A DNA stretch of 64,000 bases, from assembly GCA_044378095.1 (NCBI GenBank), contig JBILXX010000005.1, forward strand, positions 55 through 64,054, written 5' to 3'. A program made the translations under genes and the position numbers. Shown in pieces: positions 49,201 through 57,018 of this stretch; position 1 is the first letter of the stretch, and every line of letters starts with the position of its first letter. The notes under the pieces are model-generated. The model worked only from the letters and a program-made list of their open reading frames with translations. It was not told the DNA's origin and searched no databases. Source of the stretch: Polaromonas sp. GTDB lineage: Bacteria > Pseudomonadota > Gammaproteobacteria > Burkholderiales > Burkholderiaceae_C.

Positions 49201-49487
49201 TTGGCGTTTAGCCAGTCAGCAAACTGCCGGGCAAACCAGTGACTTTGCAGTTGGTTGCGCCAGGCGATGTCGGCATCACTTCCCAACAGTTGCAGTGATT
49301 CAGTGCCCGCCTGAAGGGGCGGCGCAATCAGCCGCACTTGGGATAGCTGCGATGCAAGTGCCGCCAGTTCAGCAAACGCAAACAAGCTGTAATACGGCGA
49401 CGCAATATCAAGCTGTGATTGGCTTTGCAACCACGGGCGAATGGAATCTATGACGCGGTCGTTGCCCGTGTTGTTGATGAATTTCAT
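46284..49487 (-). CDS. SNF2-family helicase with a degenerate N-terminal PLD-like domain
   Basis: ADSVGLGKT, IDESHNF, LMLSATP, IIVFTAFADT, TDCISEGQNLQD, QRFGRIDR. Confidence 0.88.
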   Translation of the reverse strand: MKFINNTGNDRVIDSIRPWLQSQSQLDIASPYYSLFAFAELAALASQLSQVRLIAPPLQAGTESLQLLGSDADIAWRNQLQSHWFARQFADWLNANAEVRQAKGSIPQGTLVLRDGDGKAQQAVLGAFAFTTDGLGMAPGNPLSLIQQSDTGAEATNLSQWFNQQWAALQDQPDAKAQLIASVKALYVQRDPTSIYSLILHHLFASKNDALDEDAIVKASTGIRNTAVWKKLYKFQRDGVVAAIDKLNRFGGCILADSVGLGKTFEALAIIKYHELRNDRVLVLVPKRLRDNWALYKANDKRNALEADRFNFDVLNHTDLSRDAGQSGDIDLQHVNWGNYDLVVIDESHNFRNKASNKGRETRYDRLMRKIIREGVKTRVLMLSATPVNNRLNDLKNQIAFVTEGDDTALSPHGIASIDSTTRRAQKAFNRWLALPAEEKTPALLIDMLGFDYFSLLDHLTIARSRRHIEKYYGTAETGRFPDRLPPINIKADVDRTGEFRSIRDINQEIRRLNLAAYAPLRYVLPHKQAAYDAKYSTQLRGGQGYFRQADREESLIHLLRVNVLKRMESSVSSFTLTVQRQLRDVESILARIDAKAVEVDELEIDDIDIEDPAYEALLVGRKVKVLLGDVDLIRWRQDLTEDRNRLATLSAAAASVSAARDDKLLKLQALIADKCRNPFNAGNRKIIVFTAFADTAKYLYAQLADWAKAELNVESALVTGAGHNQTTLPMQRSLGNILTAFSPQSKERPAELASEGTIDLLFATDCISEGQNLQDCDFLVNYDIHWNPVRIIQRFGRIDRLGSPNSAIQLVNFWPNIELEEYINLEQRVSGRMVLLDISATGEENLIEQQSGDPMNDLAYRRAQLIQMQTSVIDLEDLGSGIAITDLTLTDFRIDLAEYNKANPDVLPQLPLGSFAVTTTLDADIAPGIIFCLRSVRPDTGQDPSYPLAPHYLVHVGDKVGADGTVLLPYPQAKRILDQLKRLALGRTAPDMAAHAQFDKSTKGGQNMTHAQQLLAAAIASIAGKSQERAAASLFSPGGTHALAGEFAGMGDFEVVAWLAVLPAAP

Positions 49488-49571
49488 AGCTGCATCATAC
49501 GGTTGCAGGCTAAAAATTCAGTGCGCGTGGCCGCTGATGTCCGCGCGACGGGTTGAGCGGCCTAGAGACGA

Positions 49572-50549
49572 TCAAGACAAGCGCGTCACACCCGGCAGCT
49601 CACAGGCATAAATCGCGTTGCGCAGTGCGGCAATCGCCTCGTAGCGGGTAAAACTGCGCCGCCAGACCAGTACCACGCGTCTTGAGGGGATGTGGCCTTC
49701 AAACGGCAGGTATTTGATGAACGAGGGTTGCTTGGTCGGGACTTTGCTTTTTTTGCCTTTGGCTGTAACAGCATCGTCAAGCAGCGCTTCTTTGGGCACA
49801 CCCAGGCGCGGCACCAGGGTGATGCCCATGCCGGCAGCCACCATGTGTTTGATGGTCTCCAGTGACGAGCCCTCAAAGCTTTTTTGAATGCCGCCCGAGG
49901 TGCTGGAAAAGCGCGCAAATTCAGGGCAGACCTCCAGCACGTGATCACGAAAGCAATGGCCATTGCCCAGCAGCAGCATGGTTTCTTTTTTGATTTCTTC
50001 CGCCGTGATGCTGCTGCGCGTTGCCAGGTGGTGCGAGCTGGGTACCGCCGCCATGAAGGGCTCGTCATACAGCGGGGCAATGGCCAGATTCGTGTCGGGG
50101 AAAGGCTCCGCCAAAATGGCGCAGTCAATCTCGCCGTTGCGCAACTCTTCCAGCAGCTTGACGGTGAAGTTTTCCTGCAGCATCAGCGGCATTTGTGGCA
50201 GCCGCACAATCATTTGCCGCACCAGGTCGGGCAGCAAATAGGGGCCAATGGTGTAGATCACACCCAGGCGCAGGCTGCCGGCCAGCGGGTCTTTGCCGCG
50301 CTTGGCAATGTCTTTAATCTGGTCGGCTTGCTCCAGCACGCTTTGCGCCTGACGAATGATTTCCTCACCCAGCGGCGTGACGGTGATCTCATTGGCGTTG
50401 CGCTCAAACAGTTTGACCTGCAACTCTTCTTCCAGCTTTTTGATCGCCACGCTTAGCGTGGGCTGCGACACATGGCAGGCGTCTGCGCCCTTGCCAAAAT
50501 GCTTTTCACGCGCCACGGCGACGATGTATTTGAGTTCAGTAAGCGTCAT
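49572..50549 (-). CDS. oxyR: OxyR-type LysR regulator
   Basis: MTLTELKYIVAV, SQPTLS, redox Cys pair GHCFRDHVLEVC, SSLETI. Confidence 0.88.
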   Translation of the reverse strand: MTLTELKYIVAVAREKHFGKGADACHVSQPTLSVAIKKLEEELQVKLFERNANEITVTPLGEEIIRQAQSVLEQADQIKDIAKRGKDPLAGSLRLGVIYTIGPYLLPDLVRQMIVRLPQMPLMLQENFTVKLLEELRNGEIDCAILAEPFPDTNLAIAPLYDEPFMAAVPSSHHLATRSSITAEEIKKETMLLLGNGHCFRDHVLEVCPEFARFSSTSGGIQKSFEGSSLETIKHMVAAGMGITLVPRLGVPKEALLDDAVTAKGKKSKVPTKQPSFIKYLPFEGHIPSRRVVLVWRRSFTRYEAIAALRNAIYACELPGVTRLS

Positions 50550-50579
50550 GGCTTGATTGTCTGCTTTTCACATTCGGGT

Positions 50580-51512
50580 TCAAACAAAAAAATGCCGCAG
50601 CGCAGTTGCCGTCTCCTGCGGCAATTCTTCAGGAATGAAATGCCCCGCCGCCATGGCCTGCCCAGCCACCACGCCGCCGCACTGCGCCTGCCACAGCGCC
50701 ATCGGGTCAAACAGGCGCTGCACCACGCCCCGTGCGCCCCAAAGCACCAGCAGGTCGCAAGCCACTTTGTCACCGCGCGCGCGGCTTTCACGGTCATGCG
50801 CCAGGTCAATGCCGGCGCTGGCGCGGTAGTCTTCGCACGCGCTGTGCAGGGCTTCTGAGTTGCAAAAGCAGCGTTCGTATTCACCAAGCGCCTGCGGCTC
50901 GATGTAGCCCAGCCCCGCACTGCCCCAGCCGCCCAGCTTGGCATGCAGGTAAGCCCTGGCTGTCTCGGGGTGGTTGGCGCCCATCATGATCTCGGGCAAG
51001 GGCGCAGGCTGCAACATGTGAAACCAGTGGTAATAAGCGCGTGCTAATTCCATGTAAGGTGCGGTGAGCGTTTCGCCGTTGTACATGTCAAGCGTGGGCG
51101 CGATGTCAATGACGCAGAGCTTTTTGACCCGATCAGCGTGGTCCAGCGCCAGCCGGTGCGCCACACGGCCGCCCCGGTCGTGGCCACACAGGTAAAAGTT
51201 GTCAATGCCCAGTGCGCTAATGACAAGCGCCATATCGTGTGCCATGTTGCGCTTGCTGTAGTTGCTGTGGTCGGGCAGGCCTGGCGTTTTGGATGAGTCA
51301 CCATAGCCGCGCAAATCGGGCATGACCAGAAAGTAATCCTGCGCCAGCAACTGTGCGACTCTGTGCCACATCACATGCGATTGGGGGAAACCGTGGAGCA
51401 ACAACAGCGCTGGCTTTTGTACGTCGCCCGGTGCGGTTCTAGAGATTCGCGCGTTGATGGTGGCGCCGTTCACCTCAAAACTGCGCTGCTCAAAGTTGTC
51501 AAACCAGCTCAT
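50580..51512 (-). CDS. Alpha/beta hydrolase, fluoroacetate/haloacetate dehalogenase-like
   Basis: LLHGFPQ, GHDRGGRV, DIAPT, YYHWF, EDYRAS, GHFIPEE; ATG at 51512. Confidence 0.8.
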   Translation of the reverse strand: MSWFDNFEQRSFEVNGATINARISRTAPGDVQKPALLLLHGFPQSHVMWHRVAQLLAQDYFLVMPDLRGYGDSSKTPGLPDHSNYSKRNMAHDMALVISALGIDNFYLCGHDRGGRVAHRLALDHADRVKKLCVIDIAPTLDMYNGETLTAPYMELARAYYHWFHMLQPAPLPEIMMGANHPETARAYLHAKLGGWGSAGLGYIEPQALGEYERCFCNSEALHSACEDYRASAGIDLAHDRESRARGDKVACDLLVLWGARGVVQRLFDPMALWQAQCGGVVAGQAMAAGHFIPEELPQETATALRHFFV

Positions 51513-52006
51513 GATCGCGCCTTTCCTGATGCCATGAATTTTTGCAGATTGGCCGCTGCGGTGGTTCTGACTTTTTGCCTTAAAAAGGGTGTCCAGCCGA
51601 GCAGCAGGCCAGGCGTGCCCAGCGCCTGACGCGACCATTTCCAGAAGTTGAAACGGTCACGGTGTTTGACAATCAGGCCCTGGTCATTGAACTCGAATGC
51701 GCCGTCAATCACGTTGTGTACCAGGCGATTGGTGGCGCTGAAGCGGTAGTGCGCCTCCCAGTGCGCCTTGCCTGTTTTGGCATCAGCTTGAACACCGCTG
51801 TAAATCAGTTTCCAGTCAGCCAACGCCTTGGCTTGGGTGGTCTGGCACAGCATGCGCCACATGCCCATGACTTCGCTCTTGCCCCTCAGTGAAAACGCCT
51901 CGTCGTCAAACTGGGCATCGGCGGCGTAGCAGGTGGCCATGGTGCCCACATCGAGCTGGGCAAAGGCGGTGTAAAACTTTTCCAGAGTGGCCTGGTTGGG
52001 GTGCAT
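51509..52006 (-). CDS. NTF2/SnoaL-like protein
   Basis: FYTAFAQLD..M..CYA, FDDEAF, WEAHYRF, IVKHRDRFNFWKWSRQALG. Confidence 0.85.
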   Translation of the reverse strand: MHPNQATLEKFYTAFAQLDVGTMATCYAADAQFDDEAFSLRGKSEVMGMWRMLCQTTQAKALADWKLIYSGVQADAKTGKAHWEAHYRFSATNRLVHNVIDGAFEFNDQGLIVKHRDRFNFWKWSRQALGTPGLLLGWTPFLRQKVRTTAAANLQKFMASGKARS

Positions 52007-52019
52007 GGTGGCTCCTGAC

Positions 52020-52904
52020 TTAAAGAACATGGGGAATGTTGTCCCCCAGGAAATCGTACACCGCCCGGATGCGTTTGCTGGTACGAATTTCCCGGTGCAC
52101 CGCCAGCCAGACCGGAATCGGTGGAATTTTCAGCATCGGCAGCAATCGCACGACACTTGAATCTGTACGCGCCAAGTAGTCAGCCACAAAGCCGATACCG
52201 ACGCCACTGCGCACTGCCTGCCAGTAAGCCACCAGATCGTCAGAGCGAAAGGCAAACTGCTCACGGGTCATGGGATAGCCCATGGCGCCAAAGCCGCGGA
52301 TGATGTCTTCGTTCTTGTCATTGCCCAGAAGTGCGTGTGCCAGCAGCTCAGACGGTTCAAGCGGCGTGCCGGCGCGTTGCAGGTAGTCGCGGTGGGCATA
52401 CACCCCAAGCGTGACTTTGCCAATACGTTTTGCCACCAGACTGCTTTGGTCCGGTTGCACCATGCGGATGGCAATGTCTGCCTCACGCCTGAGCAGGTTG
52501 CTCACCTCGTTGCTAGCCACCAGTTCAACCTGCACCTGCGGCAACGCCTGCTGCATCCGGGCCAGCAGTGGCGGCAGCAGCACACACGCCACTGGCTGGC
52601 TGGCCGTGATGCGCACCGTGCCGCGCACCGCATCGTCCTGGCCAGACACACTGCGCTGCAACTGGTGCGCGCTCAGCTCCATCGCCCGGGCAGAGTCGGC
52701 CAGCTTGAGCGCCATTTCAAGGGGCTTCAGGCCGCGCCCGGTGCGCTCAAACAGAGCCACGCCGAGCTGGGACTCCAGCTCCGCAATATGTCGCCCGATG
52801 GTGGGCTGACTTGATTTCAGTGCACGCGCTGCGCCCAGCAAACTGCCCTGGTCCAGCGCCGCCAGAAACGACCGCACCAGTGTCCAGTCAAAGTTGGTAT
52901 TCAT
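52020..52904 (-). CDS. LysR-family transcriptional regulator
   Basis: DWTLVRSFLA, SQPTIGRHI, LFERTGRGL, READIAIR; the ORF-track upstream extension is spurious. Confidence 0.93.
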   Translation of the reverse strand: MNTNFDWTLVRSFLAALDQGSLLGAARALKSSQPTIGRHIAELESQLGVALFERTGRGLKPLEMALKLADSARAMELSAHQLQRSVSGQDDAVRGTVRITASQPVACVLLPPLLARMQQALPQVQVELVASNEVSNLLRREADIAIRMVQPDQSSLVAKRIGKVTLGVYAHRDYLQRAGTPLEPSELLAHALLGNDKNEDIIRGFGAMGYPMTREQFAFRSDDLVAYWQAVRSGVGIGFVADYLARTDSSVVRLLPMLKIPPIPVWLAVHREIRTSKRIRAVYDFLGDNIPHVL

Positions 52905-52997
52905 TTTTGAAACCCTGCTATTGATGGTTAGCCAATTGTGGAGTGTGCAAGATTTTTTCACAATCGCTGCATCACATTTTTTATTCAGGAGATTGGT

Positions 52998-54194
52998 ATG
53001 GACCGTCGTCATTTCATTCGCGTCATCGGGGGTGGCAGCATCCTTGCGGCAACGGCAGTCAGCCAGTCGGGCTGCTCGGCGCTGTCCAGCAACTTGCCGG
53101 CTGAGGCGGTTGAAGCCTGGCAGGGGCCATCTGCCCAGGACACCGATCCACGCCGCCGGGCACTTGCTTATGCCATCACCGCACCCAATCCGCACAACCT
53201 GCAGCCCTGGCTGGCGGACCTGCGCGAGGCGAACGCCATCACGGTCTACACCGACCGCGAACGCGTGCTGCCCGAGACTGACCCGTTTGGCAGGCAGATT
53301 TTGATTGGCCACGGTGCCTTTATTGAACTGCTGGTGATAGCCCTGGCCAGCCAGGGCCTGACAGCGCAGGTGACGCTGTGGCCACAAGGCGAATTGCCCG
53401 CGACGCTCAAAGACTGGGACAAAAGACCGGTGGCGCGCATGACCCTGACACCCGCCACACCTGGCAGTGGGCCCGACGATTTGTTCAAGCAGATTTTGAT
53501 TCGCCGCACACCCAAAACCGATTTTGATGCCACGAAAACTGTCAGCGACGCCAGCCTGCAATCGCTGATAGCCAGCGTGACAAGCCCAGCCCTACGTGCT
53601 GCCGGAACGTCTGATGTATCACGCCTGCAGCCGCTGCGTGACCTGTGCTGGCAGTCAGCCAAAGTCGAACTGCTGACCCCGCGCACCATGATGGAAAGCA
53701 TCAAGCTGATCCGTCTGGGGCCTGACGAGATATTAAAGCACCGCGACGGCATCACCATCAACAGCCCGTTTTTGCGTGCCATGGGCTCTGTTGGCATGTT
53801 TGACCGCAGCGCACCACCCGCTGAAGGCAGCGCAGGCTATAAAAACGCCATGGCCCGGTTTGAAGGCCACAGCCGAACCGCGATGGGTTTTGTCTGGCTC
53901 AGCACGCCGGGCAACAGCCGCAGCCAGCAGATTGAAGCCGGACGCGCCTATGTGCGACTGCAGCTCAAAGCCACAGAACTTGGCTTGGGCGTTCACCCCA
54001 TGAGCCAGGCGCTGCAGGAGTTTGCCGAGATGAAGCCGTTTTTCAGCAAGGCCCATGAGCTGATGCTGGGCAAGCCAGCGCCCCAAAAGCCAACCGATGA
54101 CACCGTGCAGATGTTTTGCAGGCTGGGCTACTCAGCAGGCGCCGAGCCTGCATCACCCAGGCGACCACTGGACAAATTCATGTTGACGACCTGA
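52998..54194 (+). CDS. Tat-exported Acg/nitroreductase-like FMN-binding protein
   Basis: MDRRHF; APNPHNLQPW; DPFGRQILIGHG; AGRAYVRLQL..GLGVHPMSQ; RLGY. Confidence 0.8.
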   Translation: MDRRHFIRVIGGGSILAATAVSQSGCSALSSNLPAEAVEAWQGPSAQDTDPRRRALAYAITAPNPHNLQPWLADLREANAITVYTDRERVLPETDPFGRQILIGHGAFIELLVIALASQGLTAQVTLWPQGELPATLKDWDKRPVARMTLTPATPGSGPDDLFKQILIRRTPKTDFDATKTVSDASLQSLIASVTSPALRAAGTSDVSRLQPLRDLCWQSAKVELLTPRTMMESIKLIRLGPDEILKHRDGITINSPFLRAMGSVGMFDRSAPPAEGSAGYKNAMARFEGHSRTAMGFVWLSTPGNSRSQQIEAGRAYVRLQLKATELGLGVHPMSQALQEFAEMKPFFSKAHELMLGKPAPQKPTDDTVQMFCRLGYSAGAEPASPRRPLDKFMLTT

Positions 54195-54693
54195 GCCTGT
54201 GAACCAGGCCGTGGATGGCATGGGCAACCGTTGCCGAGCGTACGCTGGCGCGGTCGCCGTCAAAGCGCATCACCTCGGATGTCAACATGCCAGCGACTGA
54301 AAAGCCAAACCAGACGGTGCCCACGGGCTTGTCAATGCTTCCGCCAGTCGGCCCGGCCACGCCTGTCACAGCCACAGACACCTGCGCCTTCGAATGGCGG
54401 ATGGCCCCAAACGCCATGGCTCTGGCCACCGGCTCGCTCACCGCGCCGTGCTGGGCAATCAGCGCGGCATCCACGCCCAGCAGTTCTGTTTTAGCAGCGT
54501 TGGAATAGGTCACAAAACCGCGCTCAAACCAGGCGCTGGACCCAGCCAGGTCGGTGCAGGCGGCGGCGATCATGCCGCCTGTACAACTCTCGGCTGTGGC
54601 CAGAAAAAGGCCGTTTTCAAGCATCAAATCGGCCAATTGGCCAATAGGCGCGGGCGCAAGCAGCTCCTGATTCGATAGTGTATTTGACGTCAT
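54178..54693 (-). CDS. CinA-family (NMN deamidase PncC-like) protein
   Basis: ATAESCTGG, GSSAWFERGFVTYSN, GAVSEPVA, VTGVAGP, KPVGTVW. Confidence 0.92.
   Translation of the reverse strand: MTSNTLSNQELLAPAPIGQLADLMLENGLFLATAESCTGGMIAAACTDLAGSSAWFERGFVTYSNAAKTELLGVDAALIAQHGAVSEPVARAMAFGAIRHSKAQVSVAVTGVAGPTGGSIDKPVGTVWFGFSVAGMLTSEVMRFDGDRASVRSATVAHAIHGLVHRLRSST
54610..54679 (-). repeat. Dispersed repeat family A, copy 12, forming the CinA N-terminus (sense, different frame)
   Basis: ACTATCGAATCAGGAGCTGCTTGCGCCCGCGCCTATTGGCC; encodes LSNQELLAPAPIGQL. Confidence 0.8.
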
Positions 54694-55226
54694 ACAAACA
54701 TCCACAGAGCGATCACCAGCAGCGTACAGAACGCCGCCACAAAGTCGTCCAGCAAAATACCAAAGCCGCCGCGTGCGCCAAAACCCTTGAACAGCTGGTC
54801 AGCCCAGGCCACAGGGCCTGGCTTGACGGCATCAAAAAAGCGGAACAGCGCAAACGCCACCAGTTGCCCGGTAAAACCTGCGGGCATGATGAGCCACAGC
54901 ACCAGCCAGAAGGCCACCACCTCGTCCCACACGATGTTGCCAGGGTCCAGCACGCCCATGTTTTTGGCGGTGACGGTGCAAGCCCACCAGCCGACCAATG
55001 TTGAAAGCGCAATAACCACGCCCATCTGTGTGGCTGTCATCAGCGGGTACATTACCAAAAAAGCCAGCCATGCCCACAGGGTGCCTGCTGTGCCAGGTGC
55101 CACCGGGCTGAGCCCGGAACCAAAACCCAGCGCAATGAAATGGGCTGGATGCGCCAGTAAAAACCGGGCGTTGACTTTGGCTGGGGCGACAGGAGGCGTT
55201 GAATCTGATGGTGTCGCAAGGGTCAT
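54690..55226 (-). CDS. pgpA: Phosphatidylglycerophosphatase A
   Basis: ALGFGSGLSPVAPGT, DPGNIVWDEVVAF, FRFFDAVKP, GILLDD; start approximate. Confidence 0.92.
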   Translation of the reverse strand: MTLATPSDSTPPVAPAKVNARFLLAHPAHFIALGFGSGLSPVAPGTAGTLWAWLAFLVMYPLMTATQMGVVIALSTLVGWWACTVTAKNMGVLDPGNIVWDEVVAFWLVLWLIMPAGFTGQLVAFALFRFFDAVKPGPVAWADQLFKGFGARGGFGILLDDFVAAFCTLLVIALWMFV

Positions 55227-55278
55227 GGTCCTAATCGTACAGCGGGGCGGCATGTGTCGCCTGTTTCAGGAGTTGCTT

Positions 55279-55767
55279 ATGTTGAAGATTTCCAGATATG
55301 GCAGCATCATGGCCGCGCTGGCTTTGACGATGCTGGGCGGCTGCGCGGTGGTTCAGGTCAAGCCGGGCACAATGCGCGCGGAGGTCATCGCCAAGTACGG
55401 CCAGCCGTCACGTGAAGTACCTTTGCCCTATGGCAGCCGGTTGCAGTACTCGTACCAGCCCTTTGGCCAGCGGGCGGTGATGGTGGACCTGGACGCCGCA
55501 GGACGGGTGGTGTCAAGCCGCCAGGTGATGCAAAGCAGCGAGTTTGCGCGCATCGGCATCGGTCAGTGGAGCCGGGCTGACGTGGAACGCGAATTCGGCC
55601 TGAGTGCCACGATTGACCGCGTGGCAAGCTGGCCCGGAAACATCATGACCTACTACTGGAACGACTCTGGCCAGGACATGTATTTTTATGTTTACCTGGA
55701 CAGCGCCAACATCGCGCAGCGCACCGGCCAGGGCATGGACTTCAGAAAAGAGCCGCCCAGCGATTGA
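55279..55767 (+). CDS. Putative lipoprotein with two BamE/SmpA-like modules
   Basis: Lipobox LGGC; repeated module V...YGQP / V...FG; RBS AGGAG before ATG 55279. Confidence 0.65.
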   Translation: MLKISRYGSIMAALALTMLGGCAVVQVKPGTMRAEVIAKYGQPSREVPLPYGSRLQYSYQPFGQRAVMVDLDAAGRVVSSRQVMQSSEFARIGIGQWSRADVEREFGLSATIDRVASWPGNIMTYYWNDSGQDMYFYVYLDSANIAQRTGQGMDFRKEPPSD

Positions 55768-55773
55768 CGACTG

Positions 55774-57018
55774 CTATTGAATGGCTTCATCGTTTTGAAC
55801 GGTGCGGCCAATCTCGGGGTAACGTTTGTGCAGGTACAGCCAGGCCACCAGCCCAATGCACAGCATGCCCAATGAAGCCGTGGCCAGCCCAAGCGTTGAA
55901 TGCATGACCAGCGGCGTCAGCAGTCCGGCCACCAGGCCGTTGGCCGTCGAGCCAATCACCGCCTGAAGCGACGACGCCATGCCGCGCCGCTCGGGGTACA
56001 GGTCCAGCACCAGCAGGGTCACGACTGGCACCATCAGCGCCCAGCCAAAGGCGAACAGCGCAATCGGAATCATGGCCCAAGACACATGCGCCTTGAAAAA
56101 ATAATTGGCCAGCAGGTTGACTACAGAGACCGTCAGCATGATGACGAAGCCGTGGCGAATCTGCACCTTGGGCGCGATCTTGCCCGCCAGCCGGCCACTG
56201 AGCCACGCCCCCGACATGATGCCGCCAATCGTCAGCATGAAAAACCAGAAAAACTGGGTCGGCTGCAACTGCAGGTGGTCACCCAAAAAAGCTGGCGCTG
56301 CCAGCACATACAAAAACATGCCATTGAAAGGCACGCCACTGGCAAACGCCAGTAGCACGAATCGCGGGCTGGAGCCCAGCTGCCGGTAGCCACGCATCAG
56401 GTGTTTGAACTTGAAGCTCTGGCGCTGGTCAGCGTGCAGCGTTTCGGGCAGATAGCGGTAGTTGGCCGCCCACAGCAAAGCGCCCACGCCAGTCAAAAAC
56501 CAGAAAATACTGTGCCAGCCTAAAAATACAAACAGCCAGCCACCAACGATGGGCGCAACGGCAGGGGCGACGCCGAAATAAATCGTCACCTGGCTCATCA
56601 CCTGCTGCGCCTGGGCAGGCGGGAACATGTCGCGTATCACCGCACGTGACACCACAATGCCCGCCCCGGTTGACAAGCCTTGCAGCGCCCTGAAAAACAC
56701 CAGTTGTTCAATGCTTTGCGACAGCGCGCAACCCGCAGAGGCCACCGTGAACATGGCAACGCCCCAGAGCACCACCGGGCGGCGGCCAAAACTGTCGGCC
56801 AGCGCGCCATGAAACAAATTCATGAAGGCAAAACCAAACAGGTAGGCTGACAGCGTTTGCTGCATTTCAATCGGCGTGGCACCCAGTGACTTGGCGATGC
56901 CGGTGTAGGCCGGCAGGTAGGTGTCAATTGAAAACGGACCCAGCATGCCCAGCAGCGCCAGCAGCACCGCCAGTGCCCAGCGCGGGCCGGGCCACAACTT
57001 ATCCGCGTTCGGGTTCAT
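55774..57018 (-). CDS. Bcr/CflA-family MFS drug efflux transporter
   Basis: PFSIDTYLP, DSFGRRPV, RAVIRD, PETL. Confidence 0.93.
   Translation of the reverse strand: MNPNADKLWPGPRWALAVLLALLGMLGPFSIDTYLPAYTGIAKSLGATPIEMQQTLSAYLFGFAFMNLFHGALADSFGRRPVVLWGVAMFTVASAGCALSQSIEQLVFFRALQGLSTGAGIVVSRAVIRDMFPPAQAQQVMSQVTIYFGVAPAVAPIVGGWLFVFLGWHSIFWFLTGVGALLWAANYRYLPETLHADQRQSFKFKHLMRGYRQLGSSPRFVLLAFASGVPFNGMFLYVLAAPAFLGDHLQLQPTQFFWFFMLTIGGIMSGAWLSGRLAGKIAPKVQIRHGFVIMLTVSVVNLLANYFFKAHVSWAMIPIALFAFGWALMVPVVTLLVLDLYPERRGMASSLQAVIGSTANGLVAGLLTPLVMHSTLGLATASLGMLCIGLVAWLYLHKRYPEIGRTVQNDEAIQ

Noticed and set aside
46284-49487. DISARM or BREX call for the SNF2-containing island
   Set aside because: No drmA/drmB (DUF1998)/drmC or pglZ/brxC genes; the methylase and nuclease are clear type III Mod and Res.
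52917-52932. GCTA-N8-TAGC as a 14th family A copy
   Set aside because: Spacer is one nt short and the CTGCTTGCGC body is missing; more likely a dyad in the divergent LysR promoter.
52905-53561. 513-aa LysR with a long N-terminal extension (ORF 52020-53561)
   Set aside because: The extension is the antisense of the Tat nitroreductase-like gene; the true HTH start is ATG 52904.
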